Origin: Thermomicrobiales bacterium
GTDB lineage: Bacteria; Chloroflexota; Chloroflexia; Thermomicrobiales; UBA6265
Assembly: GCA_030447415.1 (NCBI GenBank)
Contig: JAUJOZ010000019.1
Location: 9,929-73,928 of the forward strand
Direction: 5' to 3'
DNA length: 64,000 nucleotides
Part shown: positions 36,156-45,299 of the stretch, piece by piece
How the letters are laid out: each line of letters begins with the position of its first letter
How positions within the stretch are numbered: position 1 is the first letter of the stretch
Made by a program: the position numbers and the translations under genes
Notes under the pieces: generated by a model
What the model was told of the DNA's origin: nothing
Database searches by the model: none
The model's input: the letters and a program-made list of their open reading frames with translations, nothing else

Positions 36156-36407
36156 CCTTATGTGCTTGTCATCTCGCCCCTCGTCTTGGAAACCGGCCCG
36201 GCGCAGATGCGGACACGGTACGGGGACCGGACCAGCCGTCAACCCCCGCCGACCGGTTTGCCGACAGTCCCCAGTGCGACCAAGGACCGGCGGACCACAC
36301 ACGATCGCCATGCGCGCCCGCTTCCGTGTCCACCTCGCGAACCCGTCACTGTACCGCAGTAGCACCAGCCTCCGGTCATCGAGTGCCGGACCCCACGGGG
36401 CGCGGCG

Positions 36408-36720
36408 ATGGATGGCGAACCAGAAGCCGTCGCGTATGCTCACCCGGTACTGATCGCCGACGACTCAGCCACCGTCGACGGGCTCAAAACGCCGCTCAGT
36501 AACGACGGCTACCGCGTGCGCGTGGCCACCAACGGGATGGCAATCACTGGGGAGATCAGCGCGGGAAGGTCGGACCTCGTCACTACCGACGTGTGGATGC
36601 CGATCCTCGACAGCGGCGAGATCCCACGACGGCTGCGGGAGTGGAACCCCTCTCGCCATCCTTAGGTGCCGACCCGAACTAGTCGCGCCCCTCTGGCGTT
36701 GTTTTTATCGCCAAGCCGTT
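36408..36720 (+). pseudogene. response-regulator receiver domain remnant
   Basis: VLIADDSATVDGLKTPLSNDGYRVRVATNGMAI...DLVTTDVWMPILDSGEIPRRLRE then stops early. A ...VVFIAKPF piece typical of the receiver C-terminus lies in another frame at ~36700-36720. Confidence 0.5.
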
Positions 36721-37184
36721 CAGTCTGGATCACAGCCACAGGGTCGTCGCCCATCTCCTCGGCAGAGCGATGGCGAGCCCGTTCGCCTCACCGGAGCCGA
36801 CTGAGGTTCCAAAAGGGGATCGGTAGGGTCTAGATCGGGCGTCGGGAAAAGAGGGTGGGTCGGGGGCATCACCCCAATCGGCACCCGATAGCAGCCCCGC
36901 GGACGTCCCACAGCGAATCCCATGATTACCGAGCCAACGGCGTACCAGCGGACCTCGGGCCTGCCTTCGCCGCTCACCGCGTCCGGGCAGACCGTCGGCT
37001 CTAATGCATTGATCGGGCCCCAGTACGACTCAATCCATACCGCAAAGGCCCGGTCGTGCGCCGTCCCACGCCAGAGGTTCGCCATGTAGCGGTCGTACGA
37101 CCGGGCGAGGCGACGGGCGGCCATCACGTCGGCAGCGGACCCCGCTGACCGCCCCTTGGGGGGTGTCGATTCGACCTCGATCAT
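36720..37184 (-). CDS. hypothetical protein
   Basis: 154 aa from MIEVEST, with GGAGGTG 7 nt upstream. The region has locally lower GC. No family recognised. Confidence 0.45.
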   Translation of the reverse strand: MIEVESTPPKGRSAGSAADVMAARRLARSYDRYMANLWRGTAHDRAFAVWIESYWGPINALEPTVCPDAVSGEGRPEVRWYAVGSVIMGFAVGRPRGCYRVPIGVMPPTHPLFPTPDLDPTDPLLEPQSAPVRRTGSPSLCRGDGRRPCGCDPD

Positions 37185-37387
37185 GACTCCACACCTCCAC
37201 GTTGAGGCAGAGACCATCACGCGGTCCCTGGGGGCGTCGTTGCCCCGCGGAACTCCTATTGCAACCCACGTGCCCGCCAGCCGCGACGCCCCTGGCACGG
37301 ATCATGTATAGGCGGCGGCGGCGTCGCGGTGCGAGCATCGCCTCACGTCGTAGTTTGTTATGTCGCAACACCGGGAGTGATGCACTG

Positions 37388-38137
37388 ATGGGCCAACCGG
37401 CCAAGCGTTCTAGGACTAGGGTTCCGAAGCGAACCGAGCCCGCCTTCAAACCCGACGGCAAGGGCCCGCTCATGGCGGTCGGCGGGGCGGAGGACAAGAC
37501 AGCCAACGAGCCAATCCTTGCCACCTTCGTCGAACTGGCGGGGGGTAAAGCTGCTCGTGTCGCGATCGTGCCGACGGCGTCATCCGACCCGGACAGCGGC
37601 CAGATCTACCAACGGCTCTTCCAGGAGATGGGTGTCAAGAGCGCCGAGATTGTCCGCGTCGCGAAGCGCGAGGACGCCAATGACGAGCAGACGCTGGAGT
37701 CGATTCGCGAGGCAACCGGGATCTACATCGGCGGCGGTGACCAGGCGCGGCTCGTCGCGCTTATGGCCGGCACGCTGGCGTCGGATTGCATCCGTCAGCG
37801 CAATGCCGCCGGTGCCGTTATCGCCGGCACGAGTGCCGGAGCCTCCATCCTCGGCTCCCACATGATGTCCGGCGGTGCGGGCACGGAGACACCACGCAAG
37901 TGCATGGTCGAGATGGTCGCCGGCTTTGGTCTCTTGCAGGACGTCATCGTCGACCAGCACTTCAGCCAGCGGGGCCGCATCGGACGACTGCTCGTCCTGT
38001 TCGCCGCCAACCCTGGACTCCTCGCGCTCGGCGTCGATGAGGACACCGCCGCTGTCATGGGCCCAGGCGGCATGCTGGAGGTGGTCGGCGCGAACAGTGT
38101 GACTATCCTCGACGGCCGCAGCGTCCGCTCCGACTAA
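37388..38137 (+). CDS. cyanophycinase (peptidase S51), terminated by an in-frame TAA before the conserved C-terminus
   Basis: GGAEDK, IYIGGGDQ, GTSAGASILG (nucleophile Ser) and DQHFSQRGRIGRL. The 35 in-frame codons after the TAA (38138..38242, ...SSLHVMAPGRRFDLNTRQ) look like the normal family C-terminus. Confidence 0.75.
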   Translation: MGQPAKRSRTRVPKRTEPAFKPDGKGPLMAVGGAEDKTANEPILATFVELAGGKAARVAIVPTASSDPDSGQIYQRLFQEMGVKSAEIVRVAKREDANDEQTLESIREATGIYIGGGDQARLVALMAGTLASDCIRQRNAAGAVIAGTSAGASILGSHMMSGGAGTETPRKCMVEMVAGFGLLQDVIVDQHFSQRGRIGRLLVLFAANPGLLALGVDEDTAAVMGPGGMLEVVGANSVTILDGRSVRSD

Positions 38138-38295
38138 TACGATGCGAACGAGGGGGAGGTCGTCACCATTACCGCCTCATCGCTTCACGTGATGGCTCCG
38201 GGTCGTCGCTTCGACCTCAACACCCGGCAGTCCGTCGACGTCTGATGATGCGTCTGAGTTCAGATTCCGGCTGGATGTAGACACGCGTCATGCCG

Positions 38296-39411
38296 TCAAG
38301 CTGCCAGTGCGGGTGACAGTACCAATCTGAAGGCGGGACGGAGCTCACCGACACGCCACCCATTATGGTTCCGTAGGGCAGGATCGTGACGTTCCCGCAT
38401 GGCGGCACCCACTGCCGGCTCCAGGAATCCCAGTTGCCGCAGCACCTCCATCGCGACCACGGCATGGCACCGGGTCGATCCGTCCGCGAAGCGCATCGCA
38501 ATCCCGATGGCCTGTTCCGGTAGGGCCATGCAGAGAAGGCCCTCGGCCCCAACCTTCGCGACGATCCGCCCGCCGGAAACGTCCATCAGGTCCGTGTCCG
38601 GCTCGCCGGTACCGCCGATGTTGTGTGGATGTGCGGCCATCGCCTGGCGTAGCCGGTCCAGCGCCGCCGCATACTCACGACCGTGGCCGGGTGGGGCTTG
38701 CTCCGGCGCGGCGAACGCCGCGAACGCGGTAGCAAAGGCACGGACTGGGGCGGCGTAGGTCGGCAGGCTGCAACCGTCAGTCGCGACACCAATGTCGTCC
38801 TCGTCCATCCGCAGGGCAGCCACCACGATCGACCGAATTTGCCGCTGGAGCGGGTGCTCAGGGTCGAGGTAGGTGTCAAGCGGGTACCCGAGGTGGACAC
38901 AGGTCGCCAGCATCCCTGCGTGCTTGCCGGAGCAGTTGTTGTGGATCGAGGAGGGGCGGGTCTTGTTCGTCGTCACCCGCGCCGCCTCCGCTTCGTCGTA
39001 GGGAAGCGCAATCCCGCAGCGCAGCGCCTCCGCATCCAACCCGATCTTGGCGAGCATGGACGCGACGCCGGCCTGGTGGGACGGCTCAGCGTTGTGAGAC
39101 GCGCAGGCAAGCGCTAACTCCGCCGGGATGAAGCCGAAGGCGTCCGCCGCCCCGCTCTCCACGAGCGGCACCGCCTGGAACGGCTTGGCCGACGACCGGA
39201 AATAGGCGACGTGCTCGGGGTCGCCTACCCCGGCCACCAGCTCGCCGGCGGCGTTAACGACGGCCACGACGCCGTGATGCACGCTCTCGACCCGCTCGCC
39301 GCGCGTCACTTCCGCCAGGATCACCGTCACGAGGACCTCGTCCAATCTCCGGCGTTTGACACTTACCGCGCCATCGCCGGGCAAGCCACCAGTCCGTCGC
39401 AGACCGGCCAC
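38296..39411 (-). CDS. asparaginase II family protein (Rhizobium-type, PF06089-like)
   Basis: RGERVESVHHG, RSSAKPFQA, NCSGKHAGML, DGCS and AKVGAEG are the family motifs. The start may be internal to the 371-aa ORF. Confidence 0.8.
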   Translation of the reverse strand: MAGLRRTGGLPGDGAVSVKRRRLDEVLVTVILAEVTRGERVESVHHGVVAVVNAAGELVAGVGDPEHVAYFRSSAKPFQAVPLVESGAADAFGFIPAELALACASHNAEPSHQAGVASMLAKIGLDAEALRCGIALPYDEAEAARVTTNKTRPSSIHNNCSGKHAGMLATCVHLGYPLDTYLDPEHPLQRQIRSIVVAALRMDEDDIGVATDGCSLPTYAAPVRAFATAFAAFAAPEQAPPGHGREYAAALDRLRQAMAAHPHNIGGTGEPDTDLMDVSGGRIVAKVGAEGLLCMALPEQAIGIAMRFADGSTRCHAVVAMEVLRQLGFLEPAVGAAMRERHDPALRNHNGWRVGELRPAFRLVLSPALAA

Positions 39412-39547
39412 GCCAGTTCTGTGCCGAGGAGCATCACCGACCAGCGAGGGCGCGGAAGCGAGCCAAGCTCGCCTCCGGGGCTGCCGGCACCGCCGCGAGC
39501 AGGAAGGGATCTCGTCGTCACCCCGTGTGGCCCGTCATGAAACGAGC

Positions 39548-39578
39548 AGAGCGGACGCCGTATTGCGGCGTCCGCTCT
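39548..39578 (-). terminator. candidate intrinsic terminator downstream of rpmE
   Basis: 13-bp perfect stem AGAGCGGACGCCG / CGGCGTCCGCTCT with a 5-nt loop. On the minus strand it is followed by GCTCGTTTC. Confidence 0.45.
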
Positions 39579-39614
39579 TCCGGGACATCGGTGATCGGTT
39601 GTCTGGACGCCCTG

Positions 39615-40073
39615 CTAAGACGTCTCGCCCTGGCGCTCGTCGGTCCCGACCGCGGCGCCCGCCCCGACGGCGTCCGGCTGGACGGGCGTGGCGATGACCG
39701 GGGCGGTGGCACCGCCGGGACCGTCCGCCCGGGCTGCGCGCTGGGCGTCGGTCTCAGTCTCGTCGTCCGGCGTCTCGAGCGCGGCCGACTCCGGCTGGCG
39801 CTGGAGCGAGGCGCGCTCGGCCGCGCGGGCGGCCAAGCGCTGCTTGCGCTTGGACGGCCGGGCGGTGGCGGTGGTCGCTGTCTCCATCCGCCGCATGAAC
39901 CGCTCAACCTGGCCGGCCGAGTCGACGATGCGCTGCTCGCCCGTGTAGAAGGGGTGGCAGACGCTGCACAGGTCGGTGCGCAGTTGCGGCTTAGTGGAAC
40001 GCGTGGTGAAGGTGTTGCCGCACGCGCAGGTAACAGTAGCTTCGACGTACCTCGGGTGGATACCCGCCTTCAT
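39615..40073 (-). CDS. rpmE: 50S ribosomal protein L31 (zinc-binding type) with a ~80-aa C-terminal extension
   Basis: [27 protein letters not shown]...[27 protein letters not shown], then an Ala/Glu/Pro/Thr-rich tail. 152 aa in total. Confidence 0.85.
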   Translation of the reverse strand: MKAGIHPRYVEATVTCACGNTFTTRSTKPQLRTDLCSVCHPFYTGEQRIVDSAGQVERFMRRMETATTATARPSKRKQRLAARAAERASLQRQPESAALETPDDETETDAQRAARADGPGGATAPVIATPVQPDAVGAGAAVGTDERQGETS

Positions 40074-40172
40074 CGCTGTTTCTATCCTGACCCAGCCCGA
40101 AGGCTGAATGCGGCCCCGCGGGGTCAACGGATTTTGCTCCGTTCGCGGGGCGAGTTTCGACGGGTCGCGGCC

Positions 40173-40523
40173 CTAGTCCTCGACCGGGAGGGAGATCGGC
40201 TCGGTTGGCAGCTCCAGGAACGCCGTCGGCGACTGGAGCAAATCCGGGCCACCGCCGATCGGGTAGACCTCGGGCGGGTAGACGCTGATTCGACGCTTGT
40301 TGCGGTCCACCGGCTCGAAGCGGACCACGCCGTCAATCTTGGCGTAGATTGTGTGGTCTTTGCCGATGCCGACGTTGTTGCCGACCCAGAACTGGGTACC
40401 GCGCTGCCGGACGACGATAGTCCCGGCGCGGACGATCTGCCCGTCTGACCGCTTCACACCGAGTCGTTTCGACTCGCTATCACGGCCGTTGCGCGAGCTG
40501 CCGACGCCCTTCTTGTGCGCCAT
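40173..40523 (-). CDS. rpmA: 50S ribosomal protein L27 with a ~28-aa C-terminal extension
   Basis: [25 protein letters not shown]...[14 protein letters not shown]. 116 aa in total. Confidence 0.95.
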   Translation of the reverse strand: MAHKKGVGSSRNGRDSESKRLGVKRSDGQIVRAGTIVVRQRGTQFWVGNNVGIGKDHTIYAKIDGVVRFEPVDRNKRRISVYPPEVYPIGGGPDLLQSPTAFLELPTEPISLPVED

Positions 40524-40576
40524 CGCGCTGCTCCTTTCATTGACTGAGACCCGAGGGAGATGCGCCCCGCGGGTCG

Positions 40577-41158
40577 CTACCCCGCGATCCCGGTGATAGC
40601 CAGCCGGGTTAGCGACTGGCGGTGACCGAGGCGGCGGCGGTACCGCTTCTTGGCCTTGTACTTGAAGACGACGATCTTCTCGCCGCGGTAGTGGTCCTCG
40701 ACCGTCGCCGTCACCGTCGCACCAGCCACCGTTGGGGCGCCGACGCGCGTTGCCCCGGTGCCGCCGACCAGCAGCACCCGGTCCAGCGTCACCTCGCTCC
40801 CCGCCTCGGCAGTCAGTCGCTCCACGGCGAGGCGGTCACCGACGCTGACGCGGTATTGCTTGCCACCCGTCTCAACGATGGCATAGGGAGCACGGCTGGC
40901 AGTCGGGATTGGGGCGGGGGCTGGCTTGGGGGCACGCTTCCGAGCCCGCGGCGGGGCGGCAGGTGTGACGTCCGCCGCAGCCGTGGTCGGCGCGACCTCA
41001 ACGTCCGGCTTAGTCGCGGGATCGGCCTGCTCAAGGACCGGCTCGGTGGCAACGTCCGGCGCCTCGGCCTCAGGCTCGTAGTGGCGTTCCGGGTCGGTCT
41101 CGGTCTCGCTCAGCCCGGCGTCACTGCCGGTTTCGGCTCGAGGATCGCTCTCGGTCAT
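40577..41158 (-). CDS. rplU: 50S ribosomal protein L21 with a ~90-aa acidic/Pro-rich N-terminal extension
   Basis: Core [17 protein letters not shown]...[21 protein letters not shown]. There is no in-frame ATG/GTG/TTG between the core and the ATGs at 41158/41182. Confidence 0.85.
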   Translation of the reverse strand: MTESDPRAETGSDAGLSETETDPERHYEPEAEAPDVATEPVLEQADPATKPDVEVAPTTAAADVTPAAPPRARKRAPKPAPAPIPTASRAPYAIVETGGKQYRVSVGDRLAVERLTAEAGSEVTLDRVLLVGGTGATRVGAPTVAGATVTATVEDHYRGEKIVVFKYKAKKRYRRRLGHRQSLTRLAITGIAG

Positions 41159-41424
41159 CGCTGGTCGTCCACTCGCAGTCATCAGGCGGGAGGCATCACA
41201 CCACACGCGCACGAAAAATCGGGCGCGACCCGCGCCCGCAAGGGCGAATTGTACCACACCAGCGTTTCCGACGGGGCTCCAGCAGGTGGGGCGTCGGCGT
41301 CTTCCCAAAGGGGGGCCGGTCGCGCTGGACAGCCGGGTGCGCTACCATGCCGCCCGCATTGGGCGCTGGGGCGCCGGCGAGCGCGGCCCATCAGGGAAGC
41401 AGAAACGGTTGGGAGGACGAGCGG

Positions 41425-41748
41425 TTGGTCGATCCCGAGCTGACGGAGGCTGGTGCGGAAGCGGCGGCGCACGTCGAGGTTGAGAACCAGGACGAGCAAC
41501 CCGACCCGCGTGACGCACCCGTGGTGGACGCTCGCCTTGCCGCGTTGGTGGCCCGCTACGGCGAGCGCTGGGACGATCGGCAGCGCGACCAGGTCCGCGC
41601 CAAGCTGGCCCGCGGAGTCGTCCTGGCCGCACGCATGCGTCGGACCCCGCTGTCCAACGCCGACGAGCCGGAGATCGGCTTCGTCCCCTACCGCGGCGAT
41701 GCCCAGGAAGGGCGGGAACGGACAACCGATGACCACTGCCGACGGTGA
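41425..41748 (+). CDS. small hypothetical protein, possible GatC/AtzG-type amidase partner
   Basis: TTG start 7 nt after GGGAGGA. The C-terminal LARGVVLAARMRRTPLSNADEPEIGFVPY resembles the small accessory subunits found upstream of GatA-like amidases. It overlaps the amidase start by 20 nt. Confidence 0.4.
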   Translation: MVDPELTEAGAEAAAHVEVENQDEQPDPRDAPVVDARLAALVARYGERWDDRQRDQVRAKLARGVVLAARMRRTPLSNADEPEIGFVPYRGDAQEGRERTTDDHCRR

Positions 41749-43233
41749 CGTCTCCTTCGCGACGGTCGCTGAGCTTGGGCGCCGCCTCCGCGCCGGCGAA
41801 ACGACGCCAACCCGTCTGGCCGAGCACTTCCTCGACCGCCTCGAAGCGGTCGCCCGCCCCCTCAATGCGGTCGTCACGACCACGCGAGAGCTGGCGCTTG
41901 CCCAGGCCGCGCGGGCAGAGGCCGAACTGGCTGCCGGTCATGACCGGGGGCCGCTCCACGGCATCCCCTACGGCGCGAAGGACCTCCTCGCCACCGCCGG
42001 CATCCCCACCTCCTGGGGTGCGGCGCCCTTCCGGGATCAAGTCTTCGATCACGACGCCACCGTCGTCGAGCGGCTGCGCGAGGCGGGGGCGATCCTCGTC
42101 GCCAAGCTGGCGATGGTCGAGCTTGCCGGCGGCTTCGGCTACGAGCAGCCTAACGCTGCCTTTACGGGACCCGGCAGAAACGCCTGGAACCCAGAGGCGT
42201 GGGCAGGGGGCTCCTCCAGCGGCTCAGCGCGATCGGCGGTGGCCGCCGGCGCGGTGCCGTTCGCCGTCGGGTCGGAGACATGGGGCTCGATCACCACCCC
42301 CTCCGCCTTCAATGGATTGAGCGCCGGCCTGTCGCCTCGACGGGCGCGTCAGCCGACGGGGCGCAATGGCGCTGTCCTGGACGATGGACAAGATCGGTCT
42401 GATGGCCCACACGCCTATGCGGAGGACTGCGGGCTGGTGCTGGCCGTGATCGCCGGCCACGACCCGGACGATCCGACCAGCACGGAGCGCCCGTTCGCCC
42501 CGCGCGCCGGCGGACCAGCGCGACGGTTTCCGGCTCGCGGTCCTCGTCGCGGCGCTGGGGACAACGCCCAACCGGAGGTCGCCGCTAACTTCGAGGCGTC
42601 GGTCTTCGCCGTCCTGCGCGAGTTCTCATCGGCAAGCGCTCGAGGAGATCGACCGCGTCGCCGGGGACCCCGACCTTCCGTTCGACGCCGCGGCCAGCGT
42701 GGTCATCGTCGCCGAAGGGGCGGCCGCGTTCGAGGAGTTCATCACGTCCGGTGGGAGCGCGGACCTGACGGATCTACCCCGCGGGACGGGCGCGCCCGCC
42801 TCGAGGATCGGGTCGGACTCTACGATGGCCTCGTCCTCCCAGCGTCGGCGCAGTCGACTACTTGCGAGGCGCTGCGGATTCGGCGGCAGGGCGGCCGGAT
42901 GCTCGACACCCAGTCCGACCGTACGACGCGGTCGATCCACCACGCCGCGGGCGCCGACCCTGCGGCTCGTCGCGAGCCGAATCGACGAAGGGTTCGAGGC
43001 GTACTTCGCCCGCGACCGGGGTCCGTCGCTCGAGCGGGGGCGCGGGCAACCTCTGCGGTCTGCCGGGGATCACGGTGCCGAACGGCTTCGGCGAACGCGG
43101 CCTCCCCACCGGCCTGGAGTTTATGGGCCGCGCCGTGCGGATGGTGCCCGGCGACAAGACCGAATCCTGGCCGCCGCCCGAGCCTACCAAGCGCGCTGCG
43201 AAGGCACACCGAGCACCCGCGGACACGCCCTAG
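41729..43233 (+). pseudogene. amidase-signature (GatA/AtzE-like) enzyme, multiple frameshifts
   Basis: Intact N-terminal half (GPLHGIPYGAKDL, GGSSSGSA, GSETWGSITTPSAF). After that, genuine segments hop between frames: GRVSRRGAMALSWTMDKIGLMAHT, AEDCGLVLAVIAGHDPDDPTS, VVIVAEGAAAFEEF, NLCGLPGITVPNGF, ILAAARAYQA. The 705-aa ORF is an artefact of stop-poor high-GC sequence. Confidence 0.75.
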
Positions 43234-43322
43234 CCGTGGACGATTGTCCGGGCAACGCCTGGGACGCCCGGTTCGCAGACCGCTGATCCCGGGTGAGCGA
43301 CTGGGCCCGCCGCACCTCGCGC

Positions 43323-44438
43323 CTACGACGCGCCCATCCCCGATTCACGTCCGATCGCCTCCCGCACGTCCGGCAAGGGACCGGCAAGGCGCACGATCAG
43401 GTCAGCATCGTGGCCGATCGTACGGGCCGGTCGGACGATGTCAGCGACGAGATCGGGGACCCAGGCGCGGAGAACGACGGCAGGCGCGGTCGCTCGCAGG
43501 GCCGTCTCGGGTGCGGCCGCGGGGACGACCGCCGTCTCGCCGGGTTGCAGGGCAACTCCACCGTCGCTGAGAACCTCCGCCTCGCCACGCAGACACGTCA
43601 GCGTCTGCGGACTCTCCTCCGCGTGGAGTGGGACGCTTTCCCCGGCGCGGAGCGCGATCCGTTCCATGGCGAAGTGGCGGCAGGCCGCGAGGAGCTGCCG
43701 GCGGCCGGCTCCGGTGACGACCGGGAGCGGGATGATCGGCTCCGGCTGGGACGCGGCGTTCAGCACCGCCAGGCCTTGATCAATGTGCAGCTCGCGCGGG
43801 TTGCCGGAGGCGTCGCGTCGCCCCCAGTCGTCGAGCCGGTAGGTGACGTCGGATGGCTGCTGGAGCTCATAGACGACGACGCCTGCGCCGAGCGCGTGCG
43901 CAGTCCCGGCCGGGATGAGGACGGTGGCCCCGGGCACTGCTGGGACGCGGCGGAGGCAGCTCGCGATGTCGCCGCGCCCGGCGCGGCAGCCCTCGGCAAA
44001 GCCGGAGACGGTGACGTCGGGCTGGAGCCCGAGGTAGAGGACGGCGCCCGGCGCGGCGTCGAGGACGTGCCACGCCTCGGTCTTGCCGATGCCATCGTCC
44101 GCTGCCGCCACCGCATCGTCGGGATGGACTTGCACCGACAGATGCTCGGCGGCGTCGATCAGCTTGACCAAGAGCGGGAAGAGGGGTCGGCCGCCGGTGG
44201 CCGCCAGACCTCGTTCGCCGAGCATCGCCTCGGGGTCGGTCGCTACCACGTCTCCAAGCGAGCGCCCCGCAAGCGGCCCATTGCGGACCGTTGCATCCCC
44301 GGTCGTCGCCACCGCCTCGCCGATCGGACCGTCCTCAGGAAGGAGGAGTCCGTAGCGGGCGAGCGCGTGCCCTCCCCACGGCTTGGGGTCGAGTCGCGCC
44401 TCCACCAGGAGCGGGCCAGTCAGTCGCGGATCCATCAT
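43323..44438 (-). CDS. manA: type I mannose-6-phosphate isomerase
   Basis: KPWGG, LSVQVHP, KTEAWHVL, IPAGTAHA and YELQQPSDVTYRLDDWGR are the class I PMI motifs. Confidence 0.8.
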   Translation of the reverse strand: MMDPRLTGPLLVEARLDPKPWGGHALARYGLLLPEDGPIGEAVATTGDATVRNGPLAGRSLGDVVATDPEAMLGERGLAATGGRPLFPLLVKLIDAAEHLSVQVHPDDAVAAADDGIGKTEAWHVLDAAPGAVLYLGLQPDVTVSGFAEGCRAGRGDIASCLRRVPAVPGATVLIPAGTAHALGAGVVVYELQQPSDVTYRLDDWGRRDASGNPRELHIDQGLAVLNAASQPEPIIPLPVVTGAGRRQLLAACRHFAMERIALRAGESVPLHAEESPQTLTCLRGEAEVLSDGGVALQPGETAVVPAAAPETALRATAPAVVLRAWVPDLVADIVRPARTIGHDADLIVRLAGPLPDVREAIGRESGMGAS

Positions 44439-44805
44439 CGGCCTCCGTGCCGCGCCTCGTCCACTCACCCTAGCGCCGGACCCTTGACCACGTCATTCGG
44501 GGTCAGTCCCCTTGGAATGGACATTCCTGCCGCATCCCAACTCGCCGGCTGCTGAGGTGGCGCCGACGCGCGCCTCTGCTCGTGTGGGCGGCAACGCGCC
44601 GCTTACCCGTACACCAGACCGGTCTTGCTCGGGGTTGCCCCAGCCTGGCCCCCGAGATGCGCGGTGATGACGCGCTATCAGAAGCCGCGCCTGCTTGGGC
44701 TAGCGGAGCCCGTCGGCGGTGGACCGGCGTGTACAATATGGTGCCCCGCCGGCCCAGTCCAGTCCGGGCCGCTTCATGGCACCGGTCCACGCGACACGAG
44801 AGCGG

Positions 44806-45069
44806 ATGGAAGGTTCCGTGGCACCCCACGACGAGGCTCGGACCGATGTCCTGAAGCGCCTGGCCGAGCAGGCGATGAGCGACCCCGTCTTTCGCGCGGC
44901 GGCTCGCGACGACCTGGACGCGGCCCTCACCGCTTACGGGTACAACCTCAACGAGCGGGAGCGGGCGCTGGTCGTGCAGTTCCGCGCCACTCTCGCCGAC
45001 GCCGGCGTGGACCTCTTCCTAACCGAGCCGATCACCGAAGACCAGATCGCCCTGTTGCTTGGGCGATGA
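44806..45069 (+). CDS. small hypothetical protein
   Basis: 87 aa from MEGSV. LAEQAMSDPVFRAAARDDLDAALTAYGYNL loosely resembles NHLP-type helical domains. The start is uncertain. Confidence 0.35.
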   Translation: MEGSVAPHDEARTDVLKRLAEQAMSDPVFRAAARDDLDAALTAYGYNLNERERALVVQFRATLADAGVDLFLTEPITEDQIALLLGR

Positions 45070-45299
45070 CCGCCTCCTCTCCAACCGTCCCAGCCGTTCC
45101 GCTGACCCGGACGGGCGCAGTTCCTGAAGAGGGCGCAGGCGTCACCGCCGTCTGACTCTAGACCGGGCGCGCGGGCGCGATCTAATCCCGGCGGCCCAGC
45201 ATCATCGCCGCCGTGGCGAACGTGGGGGCGCGCCGCGCCGTGCCGCTGTTGCCATGCCCCCATGGAGACCACCACGAACCGCGTCGGCAGACTGTTGGC

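Noticed and set aside
35967-36443. The minus-strand ORF beginning MSIRDGFWFAIHRRAPWGPALDDRRLVLLRYSDGF as a real gene upstream of the GYD gene.
   Set aside because: Only the first ~35 codons look protein-like. The rest is Arg-rich, overlaps the right inverted-repeat arm and the GYD upstream region, and has mixed third-position GC. It may be another gene fragment, but the evidence is not sufficient to call.
38296-39411. The asparaginase-II gene forming a cyanophycin-utilisation operon with the cyanophycinase.
   Set aside because: The two genes are convergent, with stops 50 bp apart, so they are not co-transcribed. Any functional link is speculative.
44806-45069. The small protein with an NHLP-like helical segment as a RiPP precursor.
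   Set aside because: It has no Gly-Gly-type leader end and no Cys/Ser/Thr-rich core. No cyclodehydratase, radical-SAM enzyme, lanthipeptide synthetase or peptidase-transporter lies nearby; the neighbours are manA and an asparaginase.
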